From an uncultured Gammaproteobacteria bacterium (GTDB lineage: Bacteria; Pseudomonadota; Gammaproteobacteria; Magnimaribacterales; D2472), in assembly GCA_964523375.1 (NCBI GenBank), contig CAZFYG010000004.1:13652-77651 (forward strand): DNA of 64,000 bases. Direction: 5' to 3'. Under the pieces are notes generated by a model that worked only from the letters and a program-made list of their open reading frames with translations, had not been told where the DNA came from and did no database searches. The translations under genes were made by a program, and so were the position numbers. This document shows, piece after piece, positions 36,709 through 46,772 of this stretch; position 1 is the stretch's first letter, and every line of letters starts with the position of its first letter.

Positions 36709-37913
36709 ATTGAATAGTCACTGTGTGCAATTTGCACTGCTGAGATAAAAATATCCATTGCTAACTTTAAGTCAGCCTCGTTTACAAATGTTGGTGCGAT
36801 TCTAATGGTGTTATTGAGAGGATCTTTGCCATATGGAAATGTTGCTCCAGCAGGTGTTATCAAAACTCCAGCATCTTTGCATAATTCAACAACCCTGGTG
36901 GCAATTGGTTTTTTGGTTACGTAGGTAATGAAATACCCTCCAGTAGGTTTCGAGTAAGTTCCATAATCAGATGGAATCGATTCAAGTATACTGTAAACAG
37001 TCTCAAACTTTGGTCTCACAAGGTCTGCATGTTTTTTCATATGCTCAATAATTGCATCTTTATCTTTAAAGAATTCTATATGCTTTTGTTGATTTATCTT
37101 ATCCGGGCAGATAACCATGGAAGTTCGTATTCTTTTAATGAGTTCAAGATTTTTTTCAGCCGCAGCAAGAAATGAAAGCCCCCCTCCTCCAAATGTCACT
37201 TTTGAAAATGATGTAACGCATACTGCCTGATGAAGGGCATTCGATTTATCTGCTAGCTCCCATATTGAGGATTGCTTGCTTGTTGGAAGAAAATCATGAA
37301 CCAAATAAGCATTATCAAATAAAACAATAAAATCATCTGAGTAATCAGTTGTTGCCTCGAATATATCTAAAATATTTTGATCAGAGTAAACCTCACCAGA
37401 TGGATTTGAGTGCCTTGGCACACATATCATTCCAACTATATTTTTTTCTTGATTTAGAACTTTTCTGAGACTCTTAATATCAACGCCTTGCTCTGATAAA
37501 GGCACTGATATCATCTCTAACCCAAGGTCTTCAAACATTCTAAAGTGTCTATCAAAACCAGGAACAGGGCATATAAATTTTGGCTTATCTAGGTCTTTCC
37601 AAGCAATATTTTTACCAAATAAGTAATGCGATAAAAGAAATTGATATGACAGCAGAAGGCTTGATTGTTCACCTGTAATAATATTTTCCACTGGAGCATC
37701 TAACAGGTCAGACCCTAGCATTCTTGCCTCTTTAAGACCCAATGGTTCACCATAATTCCTAAGATCAACTCCGCCTGAATATGGTGCTATGTTCATAGAC
37801 AAGAGCTCATTTGAAAGATCTAATTGCTTTGATTCTGGCTTACCTCTGGTTATGTCAATATTTAAGCCTTTAGCCTTTAGTTTATTAAAATGGTTTAGAA
37901 TATGATCAGACAT
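36705..37913 (-). CDS. PLP-dependent aminotransferase (class I/II fold, aspartate-aminotransferase-like)
   Basis: GKPE..QLDL near the N-terminus, HSNPSGEVY, FDNAYLVHDF and the PLP-lysine context SFSKVTFGGGGLSF. Confidence 0.7.
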   Translation of the reverse strand: MSDHILNHFNKLKAKGLNIDITRGKPESKQLDLSNELLSMNIAPYSGGVDLRNYGEPLGLKEARMLGSDLLDAPVENIITGEQSSLLLSYQFLLSHYLFGKNIAWKDLDKPKFICPVPGFDRHFRMFEDLGLEMISVPLSEQGVDIKSLRKVLNQEKNIVGMICVPRHSNPSGEVYSDQNILDIFEATTDYSDDFIVLFDNAYLVHDFLPTSKQSSIWELADKSNALHQAVCVTSFSKVTFGGGGLSFLAAAEKNLELIKRIRTSMVICPDKINQQKHIEFFKDKDAIIEHMKKHADLVRPKFETVYSILESIPSDYGTYSKPTGGYFITYVTKKPIATRVVELCKDAGVLITPAGATFPYGKDPLNNTIRIAPTFVNEADLKLAMDIFISAVQIAHSDYSI

Positions 37914-37950
37914 AATATGTATAAGTTTTTGGTAAATTAATTAAGTAAGA

Positions 37951-39036
37951 ATGTTTCAAGATAATCTAGCTCTTTACATGACAATAATTGCAGTTGCCAT
38001 AATTATAATTGCTATTTTTTCTTTTATGTCTAAAAGAAGGAATAAATTTATTGAATTAAGTTTGACTAACCTTGCTAATAAGGTTTTAAAGGAAAATGCA
38101 GAAACCTTAAATAAAAGTAATTTTGAGAGATTGCAAGAGACACTTGCTCCATTTAAAGAACAAATTAGCCAATTAAATAATCAAATTATCGAACTTAAAA
38201 CAGAGCAAGCAAAAGCAAAAGAAAATTTCTCTCTTCAAGTTGAGAAAGTGGTTGAGCAAACAACAAAGATAAGTGTGGATGCTGATAACTTAACTAATGC
38301 GTTAAGGTCAGATTCAAAAGCGCAAGGCCAGTGGGGAGAAATGGTTCTAGAGCGGACCTTAGAAGAGTCAGGCCTTCGAAAAGGAATTGATTATGAACTA
38401 CAAAAGTCTTTTAAGGGAAAAGATGGCAAGAACTATATGCCTGATGCTGTCATCTATCTTCCTGATAATAGAAACATAATTATTGATTCAAAGGTCTCGC
38501 TTACAGCATACACAAAATATATTGACGCTACAGATGTAGACGAAGAAGAAAAAGCATTAAAAGAGCACGTAAAGTCTATAAAGGCACATATGAATGGTCT
38601 TGTGGAGAAAAGTTATGCAACGCTTGAAGGCTTAAATGCCCCTGATTATGTTTTAATATTTGTTCCGCTAGAGTCTGCGCTGTCATCAGCCTTAAAAGCT
38701 GATTGGGATATCCAAAGATTGGCAATGCAAAACCAAATGGGCTTTGTTACGCCTATAAATTTAATATCTATTTTGAGAATGGCTGAAAGTCTTTGGAAGC
38801 TAGATTCTCAAAACAAAAATGCTCAGGATATAGCAAAAAGAGCTGGGCTAATGATTGATAAATTTAACGGTCTTAAGACAGACATTAAGGATTTAAAAAG
38901 ACATTTAAATCAATCATTTTCTGCTCTAGAAGGCGCTGAAAATAAATTACTAGAAGGAAATGGCAATCTCTTCGATCAAGCTAAAAAGCTTGAAGAGCTT
39001 GGTGCAAAGGCCAAGAAGAAACTATCTGAAGATTAA
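37951..39036 (+). CDS. rmuC: DNA recombination protein RmuC
   Basis: N-terminal TM helix, long coiled coil, and the RmuC nuclease-like core (QGQWGEMVLERTLEESGL, PDAVIYLPDNRNIIIDSKVSLTAY, YVLIFVPLE). Confidence 0.85.
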   Translation: MFQDNLALYMTIIAVAIIIIAIFSFMSKRRNKFIELSLTNLANKVLKENAETLNKSNFERLQETLAPFKEQISQLNNQIIELKTEQAKAKENFSLQVEKVVEQTTKISVDADNLTNALRSDSKAQGQWGEMVLERTLEESGLRKGIDYELQKSFKGKDGKNYMPDAVIYLPDNRNIIIDSKVSLTAYTKYIDATDVDEEEKALKEHVKSIKAHMNGLVEKSYATLEGLNAPDYVLIFVPLESALSSALKADWDIQRLAMQNQMGFVTPINLISILRMAESLWKLDSQNKNAQDIAKRAGLMIDKFNGLKTDIKDLKRHLNQSFSALEGAENKLLEGNGNLFDQAKKLEELGAKAKKKLSED

Positions 39037-39920
39037 TAATAAAAGCCTCTCCACATCCTGATACCCAAGAAAAGCGAAAGCACCCATAGCAGAACTTCTG
39101 GTAAGTTTGGGTTGCTGTTGTAACCAAAAAACCCCTTTAGAAAAACACCAATACCGCCTTTGTCGTGAAGTAAGTGGGTATAACGGTTTTTATTTTCATC
39201 GTAGGTATACATAAAAGATAGGTCTTTATCAGACAGGCTCTCTTTAGGCTCTAGAATATTCCATGGTCTAAATATTTCTTTTGAATCAAAATCTTCAATA
39301 ATTTCAGACTTTACGATGTATTCTTCAACTTCATGGGTTCCATAGGCAACCATTCCTGAGGCAAGAAAGACTAGTAACAAAGTTGAGTATTTAAAAATAC
39401 TCCTAATGTCAACTTTCCGACCCTGTCTAACGATCAAGTAGCCTATAAGAATTGCAAGAAATGCTCCCATGAAAAAACCAAGATATGAGAAAGAGCCAGT
39501 TATAGAAAGGCTAGAAATTAAAAAAACTGCTGTTTCAAAACCCTCTCTAAGAATTGCAAAGAACACTACGAAGAATACTCCCCATGAGGATAATTTAATT
39601 GCTTCAAGGGTGCTTGTTTCAAGTTCGTTTTTATTTGAAACATTTTTTGAAAGCCAAAAAATTACATACCAAATTAAGATTGCTGTAATGTATAAGAATA
39701 TCCCTTCGAAAAGAGCTTTTGTTGAATCATTGCCAAGAGAGTTTTTGGCAAGTATCACAAAATATCCCACCATTATACTTGCGGCTACTGCTGCACCTAC
39801 ACCCAACCATAGCTTTGTAAAGTGTGATTTAAGGTTTGATTTTTCAAGCAATAAGTAAACAATACCAACAACTAAAGAGGCCTCTAAAACTTCTCTAAAG
39901 ACAATGATAAATTCGCTCAT
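39033..39920 (-). CDS. FTR1/EfeU-family high-affinity iron permease
   Basis: Two REXXE iron-binding motifs in TM helices (FREVLEASL and LREGFETAV). Polytopic membrane protein. Confidence 0.75.
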   Translation of the reverse strand: MSEFIIVFREVLEASLVVGIVYLLLEKSNLKSHFTKLWLGVGAAVAASIMVGYFVILAKNSLGNDSTKALFEGIFLYITAILIWYVIFWLSKNVSNKNELETSTLEAIKLSSWGVFFVVFFAILREGFETAVFLISSLSITGSFSYLGFFMGAFLAILIGYLIVRQGRKVDIRSIFKYSTLLLVFLASGMVAYGTHEVEEYIVKSEIIEDFDSKEIFRPWNILEPKESLSDKDLSFMYTYDENKNRYTHLLHDKGGIGVFLKGFFGYNSNPNLPEVLLWVLSLFLGIRMWRGFYY

Positions 39921-39951
39921 ATTTTATTAATTAAGTTAGTGTATTTATAAA

Positions 39952-39972
39952 TGTAAATGAATCTCATTTACA
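39952..39972. promoter_or_regulatory. 21-bp perfect palindrome, Fur-box-like operator candidate upstream of the FTR1 permease
   Basis: TGTAAATGA-ATC-TCATTTACA. The inner 19-mer matches 12/19 positions of GATAATGATAATCATTATC, including the AATGA-N3-TCATT core. It abuts a minus-strand TATAAA (-10-like, plus-strand 39944-39949) and lies 32 nt from the permease ATG. Confidence 0.45.
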
Positions 39973-40060
39973 AATCAATAAACGATTAAAATATTTATAT
40001 ATGTTAATCAAATTTTGAGTTTGAAAAAAATTTAGCATGTCTCTATGTCATAATATATTT

Positions 40061-41302
40061 ATGAAAAAGATTGCAGTTATCGGAGCAGGTATAGCGGGAA
40101 CAACCACCGCATATGCTCTAGTCAAAAGAGGTTTTAATGTCACAGTGATTGATTCGAGGCGTTACCCTGCGATGGCAACAAGCTATGCAAATGGAGGCCA
40201 ACTAAGTGCAAGTAATGCCGAAACTTGGAATACTCCAAAAAATATTATCAGCGGAATTAAATGGATGTTTAAAGCAGATGCACCTCTGCTTTTCAACCCA
40301 TCGCCAAATATTCAAAAATATAAATGGATGATTGGGTTTCTAGCCGAAACCCTACGAGGAACACATAAAGATAACACTCTGCATACTATTGAAATTGCAA
40401 AGAGAGCTAGAGAGATTTACTTTCAAATTGCAGATGAGGAAGGGATAGAATTTGACCTATTGAAAAAAGGAATATTAAGATTTTATGACTCTAAAAAAGA
40501 ATTCAATGACGATATTGCAAAAAAGAGCTGGATAGAACAACCTGGCATGGAGTGGGAGGTTCTTAATTCTAGTGAAGTAGAAAATCTTGAGCCCGCTTTA
40601 AAGACTGCAAATAAAAAAAATAAAATTGTTGGTGGTATTTATACAAAGTCAGATGCAAGTGGAGATATCCATAAATTTTGTATTAATCTTGAGAAAGTAT
40701 TAATAGAGAAATATGGGATTACCTCTTTAACTGATACAGACGTAACTCATGTAACTAAACAAAGAGATAAGATAGTTTTAACCAGTCGAAATGCTAATGT
40801 AATTAATAACTATGAATTTGATAATGTTGTGATTTGTGCTGGTGTGAATACTCAGCGGTTTGCAAATATGCTTGGGGATTCAATGAATGTTTATCCTGTA
40901 AAAGGCTACAGTGTGACTATTGATCTTAAGGATGAGAGCTCTAAGCTTGGCGCTCCCATGGTTTCCTTAATTGACCAACCTGTAAAGATTGTTGCTAGTC
41001 GCCTTGGTAACAAATTCAGAGTTGCTGGTACTGCAGAACTTGCAGGCATTAATACAGATATTAGACAAGATAGAATTAGGCCTTTATTGAAATGGGTAAA
41101 AGAGTTTTTTCCTGAAGTTAGTACAGAAACATATACCCCTTGGGCTGGTCTGAGACCAATGACACCAAATATGATGCCTCTGACTCATGAAAGTAAAATG
41201 TCGGGTGTATTTTACCATGCTGGTCATGGACACCTCGGGTGGACGCTAAGTGCAGCAACTGCTGAAATGGTTGCAGATAAAATAGAAAAAAAGATTAAGT
41301 AA
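40061..41302 (+). CDS. dadA: D-amino acid dehydrogenase (FAD-dependent)
   Basis: IAVIGAGIAGTTTAY, IKWMF, YPVKGYSVT, WAGLRPMTPN and GHGHLGWT are colinear with E. coli DadA. The start at 40061 (MKKIAVIG) is preferred over 40037. Confidence 0.8.
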   Translation: MKKIAVIGAGIAGTTTAYALVKRGFNVTVIDSRRYPAMATSYANGGQLSASNAETWNTPKNIISGIKWMFKADAPLLFNPSPNIQKYKWMIGFLAETLRGTHKDNTLHTIEIAKRAREIYFQIADEEGIEFDLLKKGILRFYDSKKEFNDDIAKKSWIEQPGMEWEVLNSSEVENLEPALKTANKKNKIVGGIYTKSDASGDIHKFCINLEKVLIEKYGITSLTDTDVTHVTKQRDKIVLTSRNANVINNYEFDNVVICAGVNTQRFANMLGDSMNVYPVKGYSVTIDLKDESSKLGAPMVSLIDQPVKIVASRLGNKFRVAGTAELAGINTDIRQDRIRPLLKWVKEFFPEVSTETYTPWAGLRPMTPNMMPLTHESKMSGVFYHAGHGHLGWTLSAATAEMVADKIEKKIK

Positions 41303-41951
41303 GATCTATTATCTCCCAGCCTCGTAAAATAGACTCCTTTCTTAAACTATCATCTGGGTTTACTGCAATAGGTTTTTCGACTGATTCAAGTAATGGAAGA
41401 TCATTGATTGAATCTGAATAAAAAGTTGTTTCACGAAAATCTAGCTTCCCATTATCTTGCATCCAAGATACAACCTTTTTTAATTTACCATCTCCTATAG
41501 CCGGATCCCCAAGTATTTTTCCTGTAATACTGCCATTTTTAATTTCTGGATCTGTTCCAATAATATTTTTAAAATCTAACCTAGCACCAATTCTATTTAC
41601 AAGAATTGTATTAGTTGCTGAGGCAAGAAGTAGAGTATCCCCAGCTTCATAGTGCTCATGAAGAACTCTAAGTATATAAACATTAACCATAGGCTCTATA
41701 ATTTCTTTCATGAATATATCCAAAAGCTTTTCCGCCTTTTCTTTACCCAAAATAATAAATGTACTCAAGGCAAATTCACAGTACTCATGAATATCAAGTT
41801 TTCCATTAACATACTGATCATAGAAATAATCATTTTTATTTCTATAAAAATCCCTGTCAACATGGTTATTATTTATTAAGAATTCTATCCATGAGTAATC
41901 CGAATCTCCTTTAAGGATGGTATTATCAAGATCAAATATTGTTAATTTCAT
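41295..41951 (-). CDS. HAD-IB family hydrolase (phosphoserine-phosphatase-like)
   Basis: Motif I IFDLDNTIL, and a cap-domain-containing HAD-IB layout with C-terminal YSDSINDLPLL. Confidence 0.7.
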   Translation of the reverse strand: MKLTIFDLDNTILKGDSDYSWIEFLINNNHVDRDFYRNKNDYFYDQYVNGKLDIHEYCEFALSTFIILGKEKAEKLLDIFMKEIIEPMVNVYILRVLHEHYEAGDTLLLASATNTILVNRIGARLDFKNIIGTDPEIKNGSITGKILGDPAIGDGKLKKVVSWMQDNGKLDFRETTFYSDSINDLPLLESVEKPIAVNPDDSLRKESILRGWEIIDLT

Positions 41952-41962
41952 ATAAAAATTAA

Positions 41963-42454
41963 ATGAGTGAAGAAAGTAATTATAGATTAAATGTAGGCCT
42001 AATTATTGTAAATAATTATGGCAAAGTTCTAATCTGTAAAAGAAAAAATTCTAATCAATGGCAATTTCCACAAGGTGGAATAGATAAAGGCGAATCGCCA
42101 ATAGAGGCTGCAAAAAGAGAAATTTTTGAAGAGGTTGGAATCAAGTCATCTCAAATCAGAGTTTTAGGGAAAATCAAAGATTGGGTTAAGTACGAAATAC
42201 CGAAAAAGCTTGCAAAGAAAAACTTTAAAAAGAAAGGCATAGTAGGACAAAAACAAAAATGGTTCATATTCAAAATAAAATCTAAAGCCTGTATTAGCTT
42301 TATAAATGACCCTGATAATGAGTTTGATGACTTTGCATGGGTTTCATATTGGCACCCTATCGCATTAATTGTATCTTTTAAGAAAGACGTTTATAGAAGT
42401 GTTTTAGCTGAGCTATTACCAATTTATTTTAATGAGTTTTTGGATGTTAGTTGA
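41963..42454 (+). CDS. rppH: RNA pyrophosphohydrolase RppH (NudH)
   Basis: YRLNVGLIIVN and WQFPQGGI, plus the Nudix box GGIDKGESPIEAAKREIFEEVGI. Confidence 0.85.
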   Translation: MSEESNYRLNVGLIIVNNYGKVLICKRKNSNQWQFPQGGIDKGESPIEAAKREIFEEVGIKSSQIRVLGKIKDWVKYEIPKKLAKKNFKKKGIVGQKQKWFIFKIKSKACISFINDPDNEFDDFAWVSYWHPIALIVSFKKDVYRSVLAELLPIYFNEFLDVS

Positions 42455-43241
42455 GCTTCTAGCATACCTTCTGGTAGGCTCATTTGCAGGTATTCTTGCT
42501 GGAATGTTCGGAGTTGGAGGCGGAATTATTATTGTTCCGGTCTTGGTATTTGTTTTTTCTATTTTAGGATTTGAGGATTCATATTTAGTGCATATCGCTA
42601 TTGGGACATCTTTAGCTACAATTTTTTTTACTGGTATCTCTTCTGCAAGGTCTCATTATCTAAAGGGCTCTGTTGATGCAAAAGCATTACTACCTGTTGC
42701 TATTGGAATTTCATTTGGAGCTATTCTTGGAGCATTGATTGCAAGCTCACTAAATGGGGACATGTTAAGAAAAATAATAGGTATTTTTGCTTTTCTTATT
42801 GCCACTCAAATGATATTTAATCAAAACAAAAATGTAAAAAAAAGCACTAACAAAATGGTCTCAATCATTGCTGGTATCGGAATTGGCTCAGCCTCTTCTG
42901 TGCTTGGCATAGGAGGAGGAAGCTTTACTGTCCCCTTTTTTAAATATAATGGCATTGACATGAAAACATCGATTGGGACAGCCGCAGCATGTGGAATTCC
43001 AATCGCTTTCTTTGGTTCATTATCCTTCATTGCAATTGGCTTAAATGAAGAAAACTTGCCATCTTTAGCTCTAGGCTTTATTTATATCCCTGCAATGACT
43101 TTGATCTCATTGGCTAGTGTTTTTACAGCATCAATTGGGGCTAGTATGGCACATGCGATATCGGATAAAATATTAACAATACTCTTCTCAACACTTATGA
43201 TCTTGATATCAACTTACATGTTCTTTGGTGCCGCTTCATGA
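42432..43241 (+). CDS. TauE/SafE family sulfite/anion exporter
   Basis: Polytopic, with duplicated GVGGGIIIVP / GIGGGSFTVP motifs. The exact start is uncertain (an alternative ATG lies at 42444). Confidence 0.75.
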   Translation: MSFWMLVELLAYLLVGSFAGILAGMFGVGGGIIIVPVLVFVFSILGFEDSYLVHIAIGTSLATIFFTGISSARSHYLKGSVDAKALLPVAIGISFGAILGALIASSLNGDMLRKIIGIFAFLIATQMIFNQNKNVKKSTNKMVSIIAGIGIGSASSVLGIGGGSFTVPFFKYNGIDMKTSIGTAAACGIPIAFFGSLSFIAIGLNEENLPSLALGFIYIPAMTLISLASVFTASIGASMAHAISDKILTILFSTLMILISTYMFFGAAS

Positions 43242-44032
43242 TTGTTGAGTTATCTGATTTTTTCAATAACCCAAGTATTGTTGAAATAGGCCCAATTAAA
43301 GTTCAATACTATGCTGTGACATGGTTAATGTCAGCGATCTTTATTTACTTGTATTTAAGAAATCATGAGATTATTAAAAATTTTGGCTTTTCGTTCGACA
43401 AAACAAGTGATCTTGTTTTTACATATGGCCTATTCTTTGGTGCATTTGCTGGAGGAAGAGTAGGATATATGCTTTTTTATGGCACTGATCAGCTGTTAGC
43501 AAATCCACTCTCTTTATTTTATGTTTGGCAGGGAGGGCTTAGCTTTCATGGTGGCTTATTGGGAGTAGCGCTAAGTTTTTATATTTTTTCAATCAAGAAC
43601 AATATAAGTTTTTTAAAACTGTGTGATGCTTTAACTCTATCAATGCCAATTGGGCTGGGGCTAGTGAGAATCGGGAATTTTCTTAACGGAGAGCTTTATG
43701 GAAGAGCAACAGATGGAAGCTGGGGTTTCATTTTCCCCACTGACTATCTTGGCATTCCAAGGCATCCCTCTCAATTATATGAAAGTTTGGGTGAAGGAAT
43801 AATTCTGTTTATTCTACTAAATCTCATTTATAAGAAAACAACAAGAAAAGGCATTGTATGTTCATCTTTTCTTATACTTTATGGAACAATAAGATTTATA
43901 ATTGAAAATTATAGACAACCAGATTCACATATTGGATTTCTTGCTTTTGATATGAGCATGGGGCAAATACTTTGCATACCAATGATTTTTACTGGGCTAT
44001 TAATACTTAATCACTCAAGGAAGAATGCATGA
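43238..44032 (+). CDS. lgt: Prolipoprotein diacylglyceryl transferase
   Basis: YYAVTWLM, VRIGNFLNGELYGR and HPSQLYES. Conserved lgt-thyA pairing; ATGA overlaps at both ends. Confidence 0.9.
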   Translation: MIVELSDFFNNPSIVEIGPIKVQYYAVTWLMSAIFIYLYLRNHEIIKNFGFSFDKTSDLVFTYGLFFGAFAGGRVGYMLFYGTDQLLANPLSLFYVWQGGLSFHGGLLGVALSFYIFSIKNNISFLKLCDALTLSMPIGLGLVRIGNFLNGELYGRATDGSWGFIFPTDYLGIPRHPSQLYESLGEGIILFILLNLIYKKTTRKGIVCSSFLILYGTIRFIIENYRQPDSHIGFLAFDMSMGQILCIPMIFTGLLILNHSRKNA

Positions 44033-44892
44033 AAGCATATTTAGATCTTTTAGAGCTCATTTTAGAAAATGGTGAAACTAAAGATGACAGAACAAATACA
44101 GGAACAATTTCCTCATTTGGCCATCAGCTTGCTTTTGATTTAAAAGATGGTTTTCCTGCAGTAACAACTAAATCTCTTGCCTGGAAGGGGGTAGTCTCAG
44201 AGTTATTGTGGTTTTTAGAAGGCTCAAGTGATGAAAGAAGGCTTGCTGAAATAAGATATGGCAAGCCAAGAAATGAATTAAAAGATTTATCAAAATACTC
44301 AACTATATGGACTGATAACGCAGATAATCAAGGCAAGGCCTTGGGCTATATAAATACTGAAACTATCAAAGAGCTTGGGCCTGTCTATGGATCACAATGG
44401 AGGGATTGGTCTGGCATAGATCAAGTAAAAAAACTAATTATCGATCTTCAAGACAACCCAGACAGTAGAAGACATATTTTATCTGCATGGAATGTAAGTG
44501 AGATTGACAAGATGGCCCTGCCGCCATGCCATGTTATGTCTCAGTATTATGTTAATAATGGAGTAATAAGCTGTCATATGTATCAAAGAAGCGCTGATAT
44601 GTTTCTTGGGGTCCCTTTCAATATAGCTAGTTATGCACTGTTACTTTCGATCTTAGCAAATATATTAAACCTAAAACCAGGCAGGTTTATTCACTCTTTT
44701 GGTGACGCTCATATATATAATAATTCTATAGATCAAGTTAAAGAACAATTACAAAGAGATCCAAAACCATTACCAAAATTAAGAATGCCTGCTCTGAACT
44801 CGCTTGATGATATAAAGAAATATTCTATTGAAGATTTTGTTCTTGATGGCTATGAACATCACCCACCAATAAAAGCAAAAATGGCCATTTAA
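44029..44892 (+). CDS. thyA: Thymidylate synthase (ThyA)
   Basis: DRTNTGT, catalytic LPPCHVMSQYYV and YQRSADMFLGVPFNIASYALL. Confidence 0.95.
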   Translation: MKAYLDLLELILENGETKDDRTNTGTISSFGHQLAFDLKDGFPAVTTKSLAWKGVVSELLWFLEGSSDERRLAEIRYGKPRNELKDLSKYSTIWTDNADNQGKALGYINTETIKELGPVYGSQWRDWSGIDQVKKLIIDLQDNPDSRRHILSAWNVSEIDKMALPPCHVMSQYYVNNGVISCHMYQRSADMFLGVPFNIASYALLLSILANILNLKPGRFIHSFGDAHIYNNSIDQVKEQLQRDPKPLPKLRMPALNSLDDIKKYSIEDFVLDGYEHHPPIKAKMAI

Positions 44893-44893
44893 T

Positions 44894-45379
44894 ATGATAA
44901 TAAGTCACCTAGTTGCAGTTTCAAATAATAATGTTATTGGAAAGGATAATGATCTTCCTTGGAAACTAAAAAAAGATTTGCTGCACTTTAAAAACTATAC
45001 AGTTGGAAAAACCATATTAATGGGAAGAAAAACCTTTGAATCAATTGGAAGGCCCTTACCTAACCGTAATAATTTTATAGTATCTACAACATTGCAGGAT
45101 GTTAATGGTGCTGAGGTGTTTAAGAGCCTTAACTCTGCTATTAAAAATGTTCCATCCGGAGAAGAAGTGGTGATTATAGGTGGTGGGTATCTTTTCAGAG
45201 AATCAATAGACTTTTTTAATAAATTAGTTCTCACTCAAGTTGATTGTGAGATAGATGGTGATATTTTTTATCCTGAAATTAATTTAAATCAATGGACACT
45301 GGAAGAATCTGAAGACTTTAAGAAAGATGAAGATAATGAATTTAACTTTTCAGTTAAAACATTTACTAAGAATTCTTAA
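44894..45379 (+). CDS. folA: Dihydrofolate reductase
   Basis: VAVSNNNVIGKDNDLPWKL, ILMGRKTFESIGRPLPNR and VIIGGG. Confidence 0.9.
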   Translation: MIISHLVAVSNNNVIGKDNDLPWKLKKDLLHFKNYTVGKTILMGRKTFESIGRPLPNRNNFIVSTTLQDVNGAEVFKSLNSAIKNVPSGEEVVIIGGGYLFRESIDFFNKLVLTQVDCEIDGDIFYPEINLNQWTLEESEDFKKDEDNEFNFSVKTFTKNS

Positions 45380-46772
45380 TAAACTCTCTTCTTAATTCAA
45401 GGTTTTTAACCCTTTCTGCTTCCCTATCAGTGTATCTGATCCAGTTGTTGGCTGTTGCTATTACTTGTTTATCTTTGTCTCTAGAGGCTTTTCCAAATTG
45501 TTTTTTTGCTTCATTAAACATTTGGAGTTCAAAATAGGCTTGCCCTAAAGTTAAATAGACTTGAGATACTTTTGATACTTTTCCTTTTTCTAATCCCTTT
45601 TTAATAGAATCGATGGCTAGCTCTAATTTATCTTCTGCAAGATATAAATTTCCAAGCAAAACATAGTTTTTTCCGTCTTTAGACATCTTGGCAGCTTTCT
45701 CTAAGATAGGAATAGCTGTATCTATTTCTTGAGACATTCTCCAAGCGTCTGCTAAAAGTCTTAGATTTTTTGCATTATCTTTAACTACGACAACTAAAGT
45801 TTCTTCTTTTGTCTCTTCATTGATCTTAAGAACTTTTTTTACTCTTCCTGCTTCAAGAACTTTTGCAGCCTGGTAAGGATTTTGGTTTAAAAGAAGTAGC
45901 TGGGCCAATGTGACATACTCAGTTTCTTTGTCTAGCAAATCTTTTAAATATGCTGAATTTAAGGTAACCATGAAATCTTTTTCTCTATCAAGCTGTCCGT
46001 ATGATTGGCCAAGACGAACAAAATATGCTTTCTTAGGGTATAAGTTGACCAATATTTCATATATGGCAACTTGCTTTAAAATTGCCTTCTTTGGGCCTAT
46101 TTTATTTTTTAGCTCTTCAACAGAAGCAATAACTGTCATGTACCAGTTTTCTTTAGGCTTGTAGCCCTCTTCTTCGGCAAGTGTGATTGCCTTTTCCATG
46201 TTGAGTAAAGCCTTATCGTAATCATCAAGCTGATAATACGCTCCAGCTAATATTGACCATGACTGAGCTGTGATCTTCTCTACCTGTGACATCCATTCCA
46301 AAATAAGATCAACTGCTTTTTGATGCTGTCCTTCGCTCATGTATAACTGAGCTAAATATAACAACCCCGCATTCCTTAAACCCAATGTCACTTCTGGTTC
46401 ACTTATAAGCTTGTTATAAGAATTGATAGCTAGTTGAACTTCTTCATCAACAATATAAAGATAGCCCCACGAGTTCCACACCACAGATCTATCATAGCTT
46501 TTTAAATTTTCAGCATTATCTCTTAACTCACCAAGCAATTCTTTAGCTGTATCATAGTCTGGGTCTTCTTTGCCTGTTTCTTCGTTTATTCTTTCTAGGG
46601 CCTCATATACTTTTGCCATTTTTTTAGCAGTAGATGATTGCAGTGCCCTAGCTTTTTTATACTTAATTTTTTGTTCAGACTTAGCATTAGCTGACTGAGC
46701 TAACATTTCAAAAGATACTACTGTTAAACAGAGTGATAAAAATAAAGTTTGGAAGAATTTAGTTCTAATCAT
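45366..46772 (-). CDS. Secreted TPR-repeat protein (TtpD-like, last gene of TonB2-type cluster)
   Basis: Signal peptide, then multiple TPR-like A/Y/L-pattern repeats. The start shares 1 nt with the tonB stop. Confidence 0.6.
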   Translation of the reverse strand: MIRTKFFQTLFLSLCLTVVSFEMLAQSANAKSEQKIKYKKARALQSSTAKKMAKVYEALERINEETGKEDPDYDTAKELLGELRDNAENLKSYDRSVVWNSWGYLYIVDEEVQLAINSYNKLISEPEVTLGLRNAGLLYLAQLYMSEGQHQKAVDLILEWMSQVEKITAQSWSILAGAYYQLDDYDKALLNMEKAITLAEEEGYKPKENWYMTVIASVEELKNKIGPKKAILKQVAIYEILVNLYPKKAYFVRLGQSYGQLDREKDFMVTLNSAYLKDLLDKETEYVTLAQLLLLNQNPYQAAKVLEAGRVKKVLKINEETKEETLVVVVKDNAKNLRLLADAWRMSQEIDTAIPILEKAAKMSKDGKNYVLLGNLYLAEDKLELAIDSIKKGLEKGKVSKVSQVYLTLGQAYFELQMFNEAKKQFGKASRDKDKQVIATANNWIRYTDREAERVKNLELRREFIKNS

